The notes under the pieces: generated by a model
What the model was told of the DNA's origin: nothing
The model's database searches: none
Seen by the model: the letters and a program-made list of their open reading frames with translations, nothing else
Part shown: one piece after another, positions 43,333 through 52,921 of the stretch
How positions within the stretch are numbered: the first letter of the stretch is position 1
How the letters are laid out: every line of letters begins with the position of its first letter
Translations under genes and position numbers: made by a program
NCBI GenBank assembly: GCA_964291415.2
Contig: OZ219920.1
Location: 832,001 to 896,000 of the forward strand
DNA: 64,000 nucleotides
DNA from: Alphaproteobacteria bacterium
Lineage (GTDB): Bacteria; Pseudomonadota; Alphaproteobacteria; SP197
Direction: 5' to 3'

Positions 43333-44241
43333 TCACTCCGCGGCAGCGGACTCCGGCGGAAACCACGCGGGTCGTTCGGCGCACACGGTTGCTGTGCCGG
43401 CGCTGATCTCCCTCATCCCGGCTTCCTCGAGCCGGTCCATGCGGATGAGTGCGATGCCGGTGGCGCCCCGGCTGCTTCTCATCTCGCCGATCTCGGTCTT
43501 CCCCGCCGTGATCAGCGTTCCAGGATCCGGCAGGCGCCCGTCATCGGTCGCGTTGACCCGGTAGAGGCGTCGTCTCACGGTGCCGCGGTATCTCGTGCGC
43601 GCCGTCAGTTCCTGCCCGACATAGCAGCCCTTGGTGAAATCGATGGCATTGAGATGATCGAAGTTGCTCTCAAGGGCAAAGGACTTGCCAACGAGTATGT
43701 CCAGGGTGGCCTCGCCAACCGAAAGGTCCAGGCGGTGCGATTCGTAGACGTCTGCCGGCATGCCGGCGATCTCTGCAAACGCGGGCCTGTCGAGCGGGTG
43801 AATGACGCGTACGCCGAGCGCGGCAAGTCTGGGATCGACCATGATGATGGAGCGTTCTGCACGACGCGCATTGCCCGGGCGGGAGACGAGGCGCGCGGTC
43901 CTGGCCGCTTCGTCGCCGACAAGGGCGCTGACGCGCCAGTTCTCGGAAACATCGCGAATGCGCACCTTCGCCCGCAACCTGTAGAAGTCGAGGCGTTCGG
44001 CAAGAGCGTCAAGGCGGTCCCGTCTCGTGTCGAGGAGGAGACCGCCGTCGCCATCGTCGGCAACGAAGAAATCGAAGAGAAACTTGCCCTGAGGCGTCAG
44101 CAGGGCGGCATAGATTGCGCATGCCCGGTCCACCTGGCCGACGTCGTTGGTGATGATGCCCTGGAGGAACGTGCGCGCATCCGGGCCGTCGACAGCAAGA
44201 ACGCCACGCCCCTCGAGTTCCACACGCGATGTGTCCATCAT
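43333..44241 (-). CDS. ygfZ: folate-binding Fe-S/tRNA-modification protein YgfZ
   Basis: GPDARTFLQG, LLTPQGK, KGCYVGQE signature. Confidence 0.93.
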   Translation of the reverse strand: MMDTSRVELEGRGVLAVDGPDARTFLQGIITNDVGQVDRACAIYAALLTPQGKFLFDFFVADDGDGGLLLDTRRDRLDALAERLDFYRLRAKVRIRDVSENWRVSALVGDEAARTARLVSRPGNARRAERSIIMVDPRLAALGVRVIHPLDRPAFAEIAGMPADVYESHRLDLSVGEATLDILVGKSFALESNFDHLNAIDFTKGCYVGQELTARTRYRGTVRRRLYRVNATDDGRLPDPGTLITAGKTEIGEMRSSRGATGIALIRMDRLEEAGMREISAGTATVCAERPAWFPPESAAAE

Positions 44242-44387
44242 CCCCGCATTCTCCGGATCCTGACACCTGCCAAGGATGGCGACGACTCCGCCCTTCGGCA
44301 AGCCCTCCACGGACCAGGCCCGGAAATCGGGGGGTTGCCTGAACCCGTTGGGGACGGTTCTATGTCCGACCCAATCTCCCCTGGTGC

Positions 44388-45431
44388 ATGATGAAAGTCC
44401 TCTTTCTTGACGATTCCTTTGTCTTCGACGGCTACACGCCGCGAAACGATCCCATGGGCGGTGTGCAGAAGGGTCTGGTCTTTCTCGCCGAGGCCCTCGC
44501 CAGCCGTCACCATGAGGTCACGGTGATGAACCGCTGCGACAACACGCACACCATCCGGGGCGTCCTCTGGAAGAACATCGCCGAAGCGATTCCCGAAGCC
44601 GATCTTGTCGTGGCGCTCAGGCACCCGCGGTTGTTGGAGAAGGTTGAATCCGGTCTGTGCCGGGTGCTCTGGGTGGCCGATCAGCTGGACGACAGCGGTG
44701 TGGCGGCGCTCGCGTCCAGGGTCGATGCCTGCAGGATCGACCGCCTCGTCTTCATGGGCGACCACCATGTGTCGTCATGGAACGCCGACGAAGGACTGGT
44801 TGCGGTCCTGCGGCCGGGCATTGCTCCGGCCTACCTTGCCCCGGAACCGCCCCAGGGGTACTGGCCGCCAAGGGCGGTGACGACGATGCATCCGCGCGGC
44901 GGCCTCGCCTGGCTCCTCGACCTCTGGGTCGACAAGATCCATCCCATGATTGACGAAGCCGAATTGCATGTCTTTTCCGGCTTGCTCGCCAGGGCGGCCT
45001 CGGGCAAGGCGGTGGAGGGTGATCTGGCATCGCTGTGGCGGCGCATGGAGAGTCTCGGTGGCGCCGGCGTGGTGGTCCGAAGGCCGCTCCCGGATGCCGA
45101 CATGGCCCGGGAGTTTCGCCATGCCCGTGTCCATCTTCACCCCGGCTCGTTGCGCGAGGCCTACGTGGCGACGCTCGCCGAATCCCAGGCAGCCGGTTGT
45201 CCGGGCGTGGCCTTCAAGGCGGGAGCCGCCGTGGAGCGCATCAAGGACAGCAGGTCGGGTTTCCTGGTGCCCGATGACGCCGCCTTTGCCAACTGTGCCA
45301 TCCTCTGCCTCAAGGAGGAGCTCGTCTACCGCGGCCGTTCGAAGGACGCGGCCGATCTGCAGCGGGACAGGTCCTGGGACGACGCGGCTGGCGAACTCGA
45401 AGCTCTCCACGACGCTGTGGTGAGCCGGTGA
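44388..45431 (+). CDS. glycosyltransferase family 4 protein
   Basis: PMGGVQKG N-terminal motif, E-x7-E (EAYVATLAE), ERIKDSRSGFLV. Confidence 0.75.
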   Translation: MMKVLFLDDSFVFDGYTPRNDPMGGVQKGLVFLAEALASRHHEVTVMNRCDNTHTIRGVLWKNIAEAIPEADLVVALRHPRLLEKVESGLCRVLWVADQLDDSGVAALASRVDACRIDRLVFMGDHHVSSWNADEGLVAVLRPGIAPAYLAPEPPQGYWPPRAVTTMHPRGGLAWLLDLWVDKIHPMIDEAELHVFSGLLARAASGKAVEGDLASLWRRMESLGGAGVVVRRPLPDADMAREFRHARVHLHPGSLREAYVATLAESQAAGCPGVAFKAGAAVERIKDSRSGFLVPDDAAFANCAILCLKEELVYRGRSKDAADLQRDRSWDDAAGELEALHDAVVSR

Positions 45432-46315
45432 AGCTGCTCTTCATCACCTCGACCCGGCTGGGTGATGCGGTTCTTTCGACGGGCTTGCTCGATCATCTCG
45501 TGGCCGGTGACGGGGTCGAGTCGACCGTCGTGTGCGGGCCCGTGGCCGCGGAACTCTTCGAGTGCCTGCCGGGACTTGAACGGGTGATCGTTCTCGACAA
45601 GGAACCGCGCAAGGGGCACTGGTTCGGCCTGTGGCGGCAGACTGTGGGCACCTGGTGGGATCTCGTCGTCGACCTCAGGGCCTCGGCGGTTCCCTTTGGC
45701 CTCATGCGGACCAGGCGACGCACCAAGTTCAGGGGCGGCGCCGGCCATCGCGTGGAAAGCCTGGCGCGCTGGTATGGTGTCGAACCGGTCCCGTCTCCAA
45801 GGGTGTGGACCAACGGGACTCACCGCCGTCATGCCACCCGGCTCGTGCCCAGTGGAGGCCCTGTACTCGGTCTCGCCCCTACCTCCAGCGGGCGGGGGAA
45901 GATCTGGCCCAGGGAAAACTACGTCGCGCTGGCAAGGCGGTTGACCTCTCCCGATGGCGCTCTGGCAGGCGGACGCATCGTCATCATGGGAGGGCCGGCG
46001 GAGCACGACCTCACCCAGCCCGTCGTCGAGGCGCTGCCGCACGAGACGACCCTGAACCTGACCGGAAGCGAACATCTCCTGACTCTCGCCGAAGTGATGC
46101 GGCGATGCAGCGTCGTGATCGCAAACGACAGCGGATTGATGCACCTTGCCGCCGCCAGCGGAGCACCGACAGTCGGCCTCTTCGGCCCGAGCTCCGTCGA
46201 GGCCTATGCCCCCTGGGGCCCCCGCTCAGCGGTGGTCACAAGCGCGACACAATCCATGAACGACATCGAAGTCGATGCCGTTGAACGCACTGTCGGGGAA
46301 CTTCTCGAATGCTGA
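45428..46315 (+). CDS. glycosyltransferase family 9 (LPS heptosyltransferase-like)
   Basis: RLGDAVLS, KIWP, NDSGLMHLAAASGAPTVGLFGPS. Confidence 0.92.
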   Translation: MKLLFITSTRLGDAVLSTGLLDHLVAGDGVESTVVCGPVAAELFECLPGLERVIVLDKEPRKGHWFGLWRQTVGTWWDLVVDLRASAVPFGLMRTRRRTKFRGGAGHRVESLARWYGVEPVPSPRVWTNGTHRRHATRLVPSGGPVLGLAPTSSGRGKIWPRENYVALARRLTSPDGALAGGRIVIMGGPAEHDLTQPVVEALPHETTLNLTGSEHLLTLAEVMRRCSVVIANDSGLMHLAAASGAPTVGLFGPSSVEAYAPWGPRSAVVTSATQSMNDIEVDAVERTVGELLEC

Positions 46316-46430
46316 ACCTGTCCACCGACGCACCGCGGCGCTGCACGATGGACCTGTCGCGGATACCGACGGCGGCGACCCGGGCCGGTTGACGTGTCAG
46401 GAGACCGTCAACGTCGAGTGCGCCTCGTTG

Positions 46431-47282
46431 TCATTCGTCCGTGTCGAGGCGAGAAACCTGACTGAGGCGCAGGGTCTCGTCCTGCCGGGCCAATCTGGCG
46501 TTGGGAGCGAGACGCTGAAGCGCATTCTCGCGGTGGGCGAGATCGTGGTCTCCAAGACCCGGCGGATGATCCGTGATCACCAGTTCGGTGGCTGATGTTC
46601 CCGGCACGAGGGCGTCGATGACTTCGGGGGCGCCCCCCGCGATCAGGAGGCCGGCGCCGCGAGCGAAAACACGGATCGCACCCGCGTCGTCATGGCGGGT
46701 GATGCCCGTTGCCCAGGCGAGCGACCAGCCGTCACCGTCGAAACGGTAGGCCGTCCCCGGCATCGACCCGCCAAGGACCAGGGTGGTGACGGTGATGTCC
46801 GACGCAAGTGCGGTGGGTGTGCCCGGCTCAAGGTCGCGGAAGGTGACGGTGGCGTTGAAGATGTCGGGGGAGACGGGGAACACGGGATCGGACATCAGCC
46901 GTGCGAGTTCCGATCTGATGACTCCGCCGGTGCTGTAGAGGGTAAAGCGGTTGTCGGATGAAAAGGCCGGGGCGAAGAACGGGATTCCAATGGTGCGAAC
47001 GACTGTAGGCCGGCTGAAGAAAACATGTCCTTCCAGAGGCCCCTTGCCGAGCAGTGACAGTCCGCAGGTACGCATGCCGGAGCCGGCATCGAGAATCAGC
47101 AGCGTGTCGCCGGCCGAGATGGCGATACAGGACGAATGACCGCCGAAAGCACGAGTCTCCGGTCCGTCCTGGGGAGCGGAGCGGACCCCGTGGAAGGTGA
47201 CCAGGGGTCCGTTGGCCGATTGCCGGTCAGGTTCGGGTGAGGGCGCCAATGACGGCGTCGACGATGTTTTCGGCGCGGCCAC
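46431..47282 (-). CDS. MBL-fold metallo-hydrolase homolog lacking metal ligands (start uncertain)
   Basis: FGGHSSC, ILDAGSG, GIPFFAP and P.FPV are retained; the HxHxDH position reads RPTVVR. Confidence 0.65.
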   Translation of the reverse strand: MAAPKTSSTPSLAPSPEPDRQSANGPLVTFHGVRSAPQDGPETRAFGGHSSCIAISAGDTLLILDAGSGMRTCGLSLLGKGPLEGHVFFSRPTVVRTIGIPFFAPAFSSDNRFTLYSTGGVIRSELARLMSDPVFPVSPDIFNATVTFRDLEPGTPTALASDITVTTLVLGGSMPGTAYRFDGDGWSLAWATGITRHDDAGAIRVFARGAGLLIAGGAPEVIDALVPGTSATELVITDHPPGLGDHDLAHRENALQRLAPNARLARQDETLRLSQVSRLDTDE

Positions 47283-47745
47283 GCAGTTCAGCCTCGTTCA
47301 GGGGCTGAATTGGATGGCGGACATACACCACGGCCGGATCGAAACCATGGAGATCGCGCCATGAGGCAACGCCGCCTGCGAACTCCTCGGAAACCAGCGC
47401 CACCGCCGGTGTCGCCATGCGATCGATATCCAGCATGTCCTGCAGACTGCACGACGTACAGGAGCCTCAATCGGCGAGGCCTTCAACCACGGCATCGCAT
47501 TCGGCGGTGATCCGGTCGATCACGCCTGATGGCGCCGGCTTGGTGAATGTCGGCTTGGCATAGCGGCCGGTCCGGATACCGCGTTCGCCAAGCAGCCGCT
47601 CGAGATGATCGAGAACGACATCGCCCTGGCGCTTGCCTATGTCGAGAAGGCCGACAGTGAGGCCCTCGAGGGACCGGTGTCCGGCCACACGCTGACGTTC
47701 CGGCGCGGTGTGTGTCGCCGTGGGGTCAAGAAGGATCGTGGTCAA
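47227..47745 (-). CDS. UGSC family selenoprotein (Sec93 encoded by TGA 47469-47467)
   Basis: ORFs 47467-47796 and 47227-47436 are in the same frame; readthrough gives ..EGLAD-U-GSCTSCSLQDM..; TTG start overlaps the upstream stop; GGAGG RBS. Confidence 0.85.
47437..47455 (-). promoter_or_regulatory. putative bacterial SECIS hairpin
   Basis: 11 nt after the UGA: GUC-G-UGCA-GUC-UGCA-G-GAC. Confidence 0.65.
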
Positions 47746-49124
47746 TACTCCACCTCCCTGGTGACGGGTTGACTCCCTGTGGGGCCGCTGCCCCATCCCT
47801 GGATGATAGTGGAAAAGAGTCCGGCATGGCTACCGGCGCGTGTGACGAGCAGGTCGCCGGGTCCGAACATCGGTGCCACCCCGCCTGCGCCTGCTGTCGC
47901 ATCGTGCAGAGCCGTCTCGATTCGCGTTCGGTCCCAGCCTGATTCCCGGAAAATGCGCCAGAACTCGCCGGCGATCACCAGCAGTACACCGCTGCCGTGC
48001 CTGGACGATCGAATCTGGCTCATCGCCTCGAGTGATCGTGCAAGGCTGGCCACGAGATCCTCGGCCGTGCGTGCTGTCTCGTCGTTCATGATCGAGGTGC
48101 CGCAGAACCCGAAGAGTGTGACGGCCGACCGCCCCACTTCGATTCCCCTGGAGGCGGCCAGTGTCTGCCACGCCGGATCACTCTCGTCTTCGGCAAAACA
48201 CAGACCGTGCTTGCCGGGGTGGCCCAGGGTCGAGCGATCGACGCCACCTGGCCGGGCGCCGCCTACGTTCATGGCGATGAGGACGAGCGCACGCCCAATG
48301 GTGGCGTTGGCCCGGGTGCCGTGGCCAAGAACGTTAAGCCCGCTGTTGAGACCGACCCGGCGGCAGACGGGTCCGTTGACGATGACGGCGACACCTGCCC
48401 CCATGGTGGTCGACAGCAGACCCTGCCAGGCAAAGTCTGGATCGAGCGCCGCGTCGAGTGCGGCCAGCACCACGGGAAAATACACGGGCCGGCACCCCGC
48501 CATGACCGCGTTGATGGCCGCCTTTTCCACCGTCAGTTCCGCCCCCGCCGGCGGAATCGGCCCCAGGACATGATCGGGCGCCAGAGTGCATTCGTTCAGC
48601 ATGGCCAGCACGCGCGCCGGCGTCGGAGGGACCACGGGAAGGCCATCGGACCATCCACGGGCATCCATGATCTCGAAGGGATCTTCCGGAAACCGCACGG
48701 TGAGAGTCGCGGCATCGAGGCCCGTTTCGCCATGGCGTGCCAGGAGCTCCTCCGCCCAGCCCGGCTCCTCGCTCAGGGACCCGCAGCCTGGTCGTTCGTC
48801 CGGCAGACCGGGACCGAGATCGTCGAGAGCGGCAACACTGCACCACTCCTGCCTCGACCAGCCGATCGCCCGTGCGGTTTCCACGCCGCCCGCGAAGCGG
48901 ATCAGGGTTGGAACGATGGAAATGCCCAGATGAAACGAGGCCTCGAGGAGACGGTCGTCGCGAACCCGCAGTCCTTCGGGAAAGTCGGGATTGTCCTGCG
49001 AGTAGACGGCGGCCATGTGACCGCGCGCCTCGAGGTCTGATGCCACCGGCGCGATCAGTTGGCAGGTCGGGCAGTCCTCCCGGACCACCAGGACGAGACC
49101 GTCTACGGGAATCTCACTCGACAT
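47742..49124 (-). CDS. thioredoxin-like (CPTC) domain fused to an uncharacterised domain; UGSC partner
   Basis: VREDCPTCQL, IVPTLIRF (cis-Pro), RPGCGS, GWSDGLPVVPPT, AINAVMAGC. Confidence 0.8.
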   Translation of the reverse strand: MSSEIPVDGLVLVVREDCPTCQLIAPVASDLEARGHMAAVYSQDNPDFPEGLRVRDDRLLEASFHLGISIVPTLIRFAGGVETARAIGWSRQEWCSVAALDDLGPGLPDERPGCGSLSEEPGWAEELLARHGETGLDAATLTVRFPEDPFEIMDARGWSDGLPVVPPTPARVLAMLNECTLAPDHVLGPIPPAGAELTVEKAAINAVMAGCRPVYFPVVLAALDAALDPDFAWQGLLSTTMGAGVAVIVNGPVCRRVGLNSGLNVLGHGTRANATIGRALVLIAMNVGGARPGGVDRSTLGHPGKHGLCFAEDESDPAWQTLAASRGIEVGRSAVTLFGFCGTSIMNDETARTAEDLVASLARSLEAMSQIRSSRHGSGVLLVIAGEFWRIFRESGWDRTRIETALHDATAGAGGVAPMFGPGDLLVTRAGSHAGLFSTIIQGWGSGPTGSQPVTREVEY

Positions 49125-49183
49125 GGCGTTTCCAGTTCGTGTTACGCTCATCCGACGATGCACATCGCCCCGGGGAGGGGACC

Positions 49184-49534
49184 ATGACCGATATCCAGCG
49201 CCTGCAACCAGGTGAACTCTACAGCGGCGCCGTCATCCATGGCGACACGGTCTGGCTTTCCGGCAAGGTGGCCTCCGATGCCACAGGCGATGTCCGGGAA
49301 CAGACCCGGGACATCCTGGAGCAGATCGACACCACCCTCGAGGCCTGCGGAACCTCGAGGTCACGGCTTCTCTCGGTGCAGATCTGGCTTGCCGACATCG
49401 CTGACTGGCCAGCCATGAACGAGGTCTACACCGCCTGGGTCGATCCCGGCAACAAACCGTGCCGCGCCACCGTCGAGGCAGCCCTGGCGCGTCCCGACCT
49501 GCTGGTGGAAATCATGTGCGTGGCGGCCAGGTAG
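49184..49534 (+). CDS. RidA/YjgF family protein
   Basis: SGAVIHGDTVWLSG, MNEVYTAW, P.RATVEA.L, LVEI. Confidence 0.92.
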   Translation: MTDIQRLQPGELYSGAVIHGDTVWLSGKVASDATGDVREQTRDILEQIDTTLEACGTSRSRLLSVQIWLADIADWPAMNEVYTAWVDPGNKPCRATVEAALARPDLLVEIMCVAAR

Positions 49535-49536
49535 GC

Positions 49537-50274
49537 TCAGCGGCACGCCGTCGCGCCGCCGTCGATGGAGAGCAGCGCTCCGGTCATGAACTTCTGACCG
49601 GGGTCGGCCAGGAAGCAGATCGCGTCAGCAATTTCCTCCGGCGAAGCGATGGTCTTCATAGGCGAGAACTCCGCAATGCCGCGGAGAGTTTCCGCGTCGT
49701 CGCCGGCACCGAGCATGTCGGTCATGACGGCCCCCGGGCACACCGCATTGACCCTGATGTCGGGCGCGAGATCATGGGCAAGCGCCCGGGTCATGTTCAC
49801 GACTGCACCCTTGGAGGTGCAGTAGAGCGCGCTCTCGTGATTGCCGGAGAGCCCGGATTCCGATGCGGTCATGACGATGGCGCCATTGTTGCGGCGCAGT
49901 TCCGGGATCGCTGCCTGGCTGCAGAAGAAGCAACCCTTGACGTTGATGTCCATCAGCCACGTGTAGGTCTCGTCGCTGATGTCCTCGACAGGTCCCCCGA
50001 CATAAACTCCGGCGTTGTTGACGAGGACATCGAGACCACCCAGCCCGTCAATGGCCGCATTGACGACCTGGCGGCAGGCTGCGGCACTGCCGAGATCGCC
50101 GGATGCAGCAACCAGGTTCTCGCCGCCGAGTCCGGTGATGGCGGCGGAGACATCGGAAGCCTTGCGGCCGTTGATGGCGACGCTCGCACCCTGTTTCAGG
50201 AAGGCCCGCGCCGTGGCAAGACCGATCCCCCTCGTCGAGCCGGTCACGAGAACGCGTTTTCCGTCAAAGGTCAT
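49537..50274 (-). CDS. short-chain dehydrogenase/reductase
   Basis: TGSTRGIG, NNAG, YCTSK, RVNAVCPG. Confidence 0.93.
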   Translation of the reverse strand: MTFDGKRVLVTGSTRGIGLATARAFLKQGASVAINGRKASDVSAAITGLGGENLVAASGDLGSAAACRQVVNAAIDGLGGLDVLVNNAGVYVGGPVEDISDETYTWLMDINVKGCFFCSQAAIPELRRNNGAIVMTASESGLSGNHESALYCTSKGAVVNMTRALAHDLAPDIRVNAVCPGAVMTDMLGAGDDAETLRGIAEFSPMKTIASPEEIADAICFLADPGQKFMTGALLSIDGGATACR

Positions 50275-50837
50275 GGCTGTGTCTCCAGCTGTTGTCGCCA
50301 GGCGCCCAGTTCGTGAACGTACCATGCGGCGTTGTCCCGGATGCCGTCGATCTCGTCTGGATTGAGATCACGCAGTTTTCGTGCCGGAACCCCGCCCCAC
50401 AGTTCACCGCTCGGCACAACCTTGCCTGGCGCCACCAGGGCGCCGGCAGCAACCTGGCTCTCACGCTCGAGCCTGGCTCCGTCGAGCACGATGGCGCCGG
50501 AACCCACCAGGGTGTCGTCCTCCAGCGTGCAGGCGTGAAGATGAACCATGTGACCAATTGTCACGCCCCGGCCGATGATGGTCGGGAGTTCGACGGAAAC
50601 GTGGATGATGCATCCGTCCTGGATGTTGGTGCCGGCACCGATGCGTATGGGTCCGTCATCGCCGCGGATCACGGCGTTGAACCAGGCACTGGTTTGTGCC
50701 TCCATCACCACGTCACCGATGATCGCGGCGCCGGGAAGAACAAGGCTTGCGTTGTCGATGGTCGGCCACACGCCCTGCCAGGGCATCACGTGCGCCTGGG
50801 GGAAGACGCAACTGCGGTAGCGATCCGTGGCGGTCAT
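50271..50837 (-). CDS. gamma carbonic anhydrase family protein
   Basis: Hexapeptide repeats, IRGD, NIQDGCIIH, IGHMVHLH. Confidence 0.92.
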   Translation of the reverse strand: MTATDRYRSCVFPQAHVMPWQGVWPTIDNASLVLPGAAIIGDVVMEAQTSAWFNAVIRGDDGPIRIGAGTNIQDGCIIHVSVELPTIIGRGVTIGHMVHLHACTLEDDTLVGSGAIVLDGARLERESQVAAGALVAPGKVVPSGELWGGVPARKLRDLNPDEIDGIRDNAAWYVHELGAWRQQLETQP

Positions 50838-50857
50838 GGCTCGGCATGCCTGAAGGA

Positions 50858-50905
50858 TGGTGGGCGCGGCTGGGTTCGAACCAGCGACCCCTGCCGCGTG
50901 AAGAC
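50858..50905 (-). repeat. att-site copy: 48-bp duplicate of the tRNA-Val 3' portion
   Basis: Matches 53897-53944 with one mismatch (50897). Confidence 0.93.
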
Positions 50906-51008
50906 GGGACAGCGCCGTTTGTTCCCGTCCGGTTCCCGGTTTTCCCTGTCATTCGTTCCCGCTCGGTGACGTTCGGCGACGGGGTTTCTGTGCAGTTCAC
51001 AGAAACGA

Positions 51009-51370
51009 TCATCGGTTTCGCATCCTTGCGATGGCGTCAACAGCACTTCGCATGTACTCCGGATGGTGGTGACCGTAGACCCGTTCAAGCATCTGAACGG
51101 TCATGCCCGGGAACCCGGCAACATTCCAGGTGCGGGCACCGGATTGCATAAGCCATGTCGCGCAAGTATGGCGCAGATCGTGACGTGTGCAATGGTCGAT
51201 ACCGGACCGTTCGAGAACTGTCTTCCAGACTGTCTTGAAGCTTCCAATGCGAGCGGCGCCCCTGCTGCCGGGTCCCCGGTACTCGACGGCCCATGTTGCG
51301 CCCATCGACGAAGGCGAGCCAGGAGGCGGGCCGGGATCGGGACAGGTGGAATCCGTTTCATTGTCCCCGC
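51009..51370 (-). pseudogene. tyrosine integrase C-terminal remnant
   Basis: PPVPIPARLLARLRRW, then a frameshift, then HDLRHTCATWLMQ..AGFPGMT..ERVYGH; N-terminal part missing. Confidence 0.8.
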
Positions 51371-51640
51371 TTTACCCGAGGCGCGGCGGTAGGGAATTCC
51401 CTTGTTGGCATCAACGGGACTTACATCGGAAAGTCACATCACACCTTCCGATCAACAGCATTGCACTTGAGCAATGCCAATGCATGGGCGACCTTCGGGT
51501 CGAGTCGACCAATCGACGTTCCCGCGTTGTCCACACATGAGACCCGGCCATCACGCCGGGTCTCATTGTGACTTTCCGATACAATCCCCCAACTGATCTC
51601 CGCCGTTTCGGCTTCCGCTACTGCCACGATAGGGTCTCCA

Positions 51641-52921
51641 TCACCGCGAGCCCTCGGCCGTGCCTTCGAAGATACAGTCATTCAGGAAGATGCGCTGGCC
51701 GAACAGGTTGCGCTCGACGTCCGTCAATGCGGCCTCCTCGCAGATGTCGTCCCATGCGTCCCGGATGGTGCCGATCTGCCGGGCGACGGTGTCCTTCGCC
51801 GCTTTCTCGCTGAGCTGGAAACTGGGCGCGGCCTCCAGGCAGGTTGCAAGCGTGCTCGTCCGATCGTCGCCGACGATCAGCATCGCCTGGCTGGCCACAT
51901 TGCCGGAACGGCTTTGCGGGCAGATGTCATAGGCAGGTGTCAGGGTCAGGCGCTTGCCGTCCCAGAAGCCCGCATGGTTGCGGGCGTGGTCGTCGGTATT
52001 GCCGCACAGGACGTTGAACACGAGCCGTCCGTACAGCTCGTGCAGCGTCGCCTTCGGCGAAGTGAAGCGGTGCCGGACGATTTCCGCGAGGACTTCGTAG
52101 CTCGCGTAACGCGCCATCATTTCATCGAGACCGAACAGCGTCAGCGCCGAGACCATCGCCTTGCGTGTCCAACCGTCTTTCGTCTTTCCGCGGTCGAAGC
52201 GCTCGACCAGCAGCACGTCCTTGCCGGCGACTTGCTCGAGACGCACGGGAGCAACGTCGAGCCCTGCCTTGGCAGCAAGCCGCATGGCAACATATTCCGC
52301 CTTCACCACGCTATAGGTGTCGGTCGAAGACGAGAACTTGGCGATCAGCTTTGTGTCGCCGTCCTGAATCATCGTCTTCGGGCGCGCGCCGCCGAGCGAT
52401 GTGCCGTGAACCAGCGCCTGATCGAGGTCGGGCGTCAGCGATTCTCCTCTTTCGACTTTCTCGGCGGCGTTCAGCAGCTCTTCGAGCGTCGCGGCTTGAA
52501 CGGCGCGCGGCACGTACTCCGAAGGGGAGTGCTGGAAGTCCAGAGCGCCGATTCGGTCGGAGCCGGACTCGAGCAGGCAGGTCAGCTCGTCGAGCGTAGC
52601 GGTGTCGACATCCTTGCCCTTGCGTCCGAAGGTCCGGTTCAGGATGACGCGACGGCCCCATGCGTCGGGCGCGGCGTCGCGCAGGCATCCGGCCACGCCC
52701 AGCCCGGCTTCGGGCGCGATCGCTCCGCGGCGCAACGGCAGTTCCGGTTCGTAGATCGGGATTCCGTCATTGCGGTCCAGATAGCTCTGACCGTAGTTGA
52801 ATATCAGTCTCCCGCCGTCACGCGTGATGCGACCGGCGACGACCGGTGTCGTCGCGCCGGGCAGCCATATCCAGACATAGGCGTCCTCCGGCGCTTTCGT
52901 GTCGCGGCGTTCAGAAGTCAT
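51641..52921 (-). CDS. hipA: HipA family kinase toxin
   Basis: Couple_hipA N-terminus, DAAPDAWGR, GTSLGGARPK, GNTDDHARNH, LTPAYD. Confidence 0.93.
   Translation of the reverse strand: MTSERRDTKAPEDAYVWIWLPGATTPVVAGRITRDGGRLIFNYGQSYLDRNDGIPIYEPELPLRRGAIAPEAGLGVAGCLRDAAPDAWGRRVILNRTFGRKGKDVDTATLDELTCLLESGSDRIGALDFQHSPSEYVPRAVQAATLEELLNAAEKVERGESLTPDLDQALVHGTSLGGARPKTMIQDGDTKLIAKFSSSTDTYSVVKAEYVAMRLAAKAGLDVAPVRLEQVAGKDVLLVERFDRGKTKDGWTRKAMVSALTLFGLDEMMARYASYEVLAEIVRHRFTSPKATLHELYGRLVFNVLCGNTDDHARNHAGFWDGKRLTLTPAYDICPQSRSGNVASQAMLIVGDDRTSTLATCLEAAPSFQLSEKAAKDTVARQIGTIRDAWDDICEEAALTDVERNLFGQRIFLNDCIFEGTAEGSR

Noticed and set aside
50858-50905. Second tRNA gene
   Set aside because: Only the 3' 48 nt are present, with no D arm or 5' acceptor strand; it is an att duplicate
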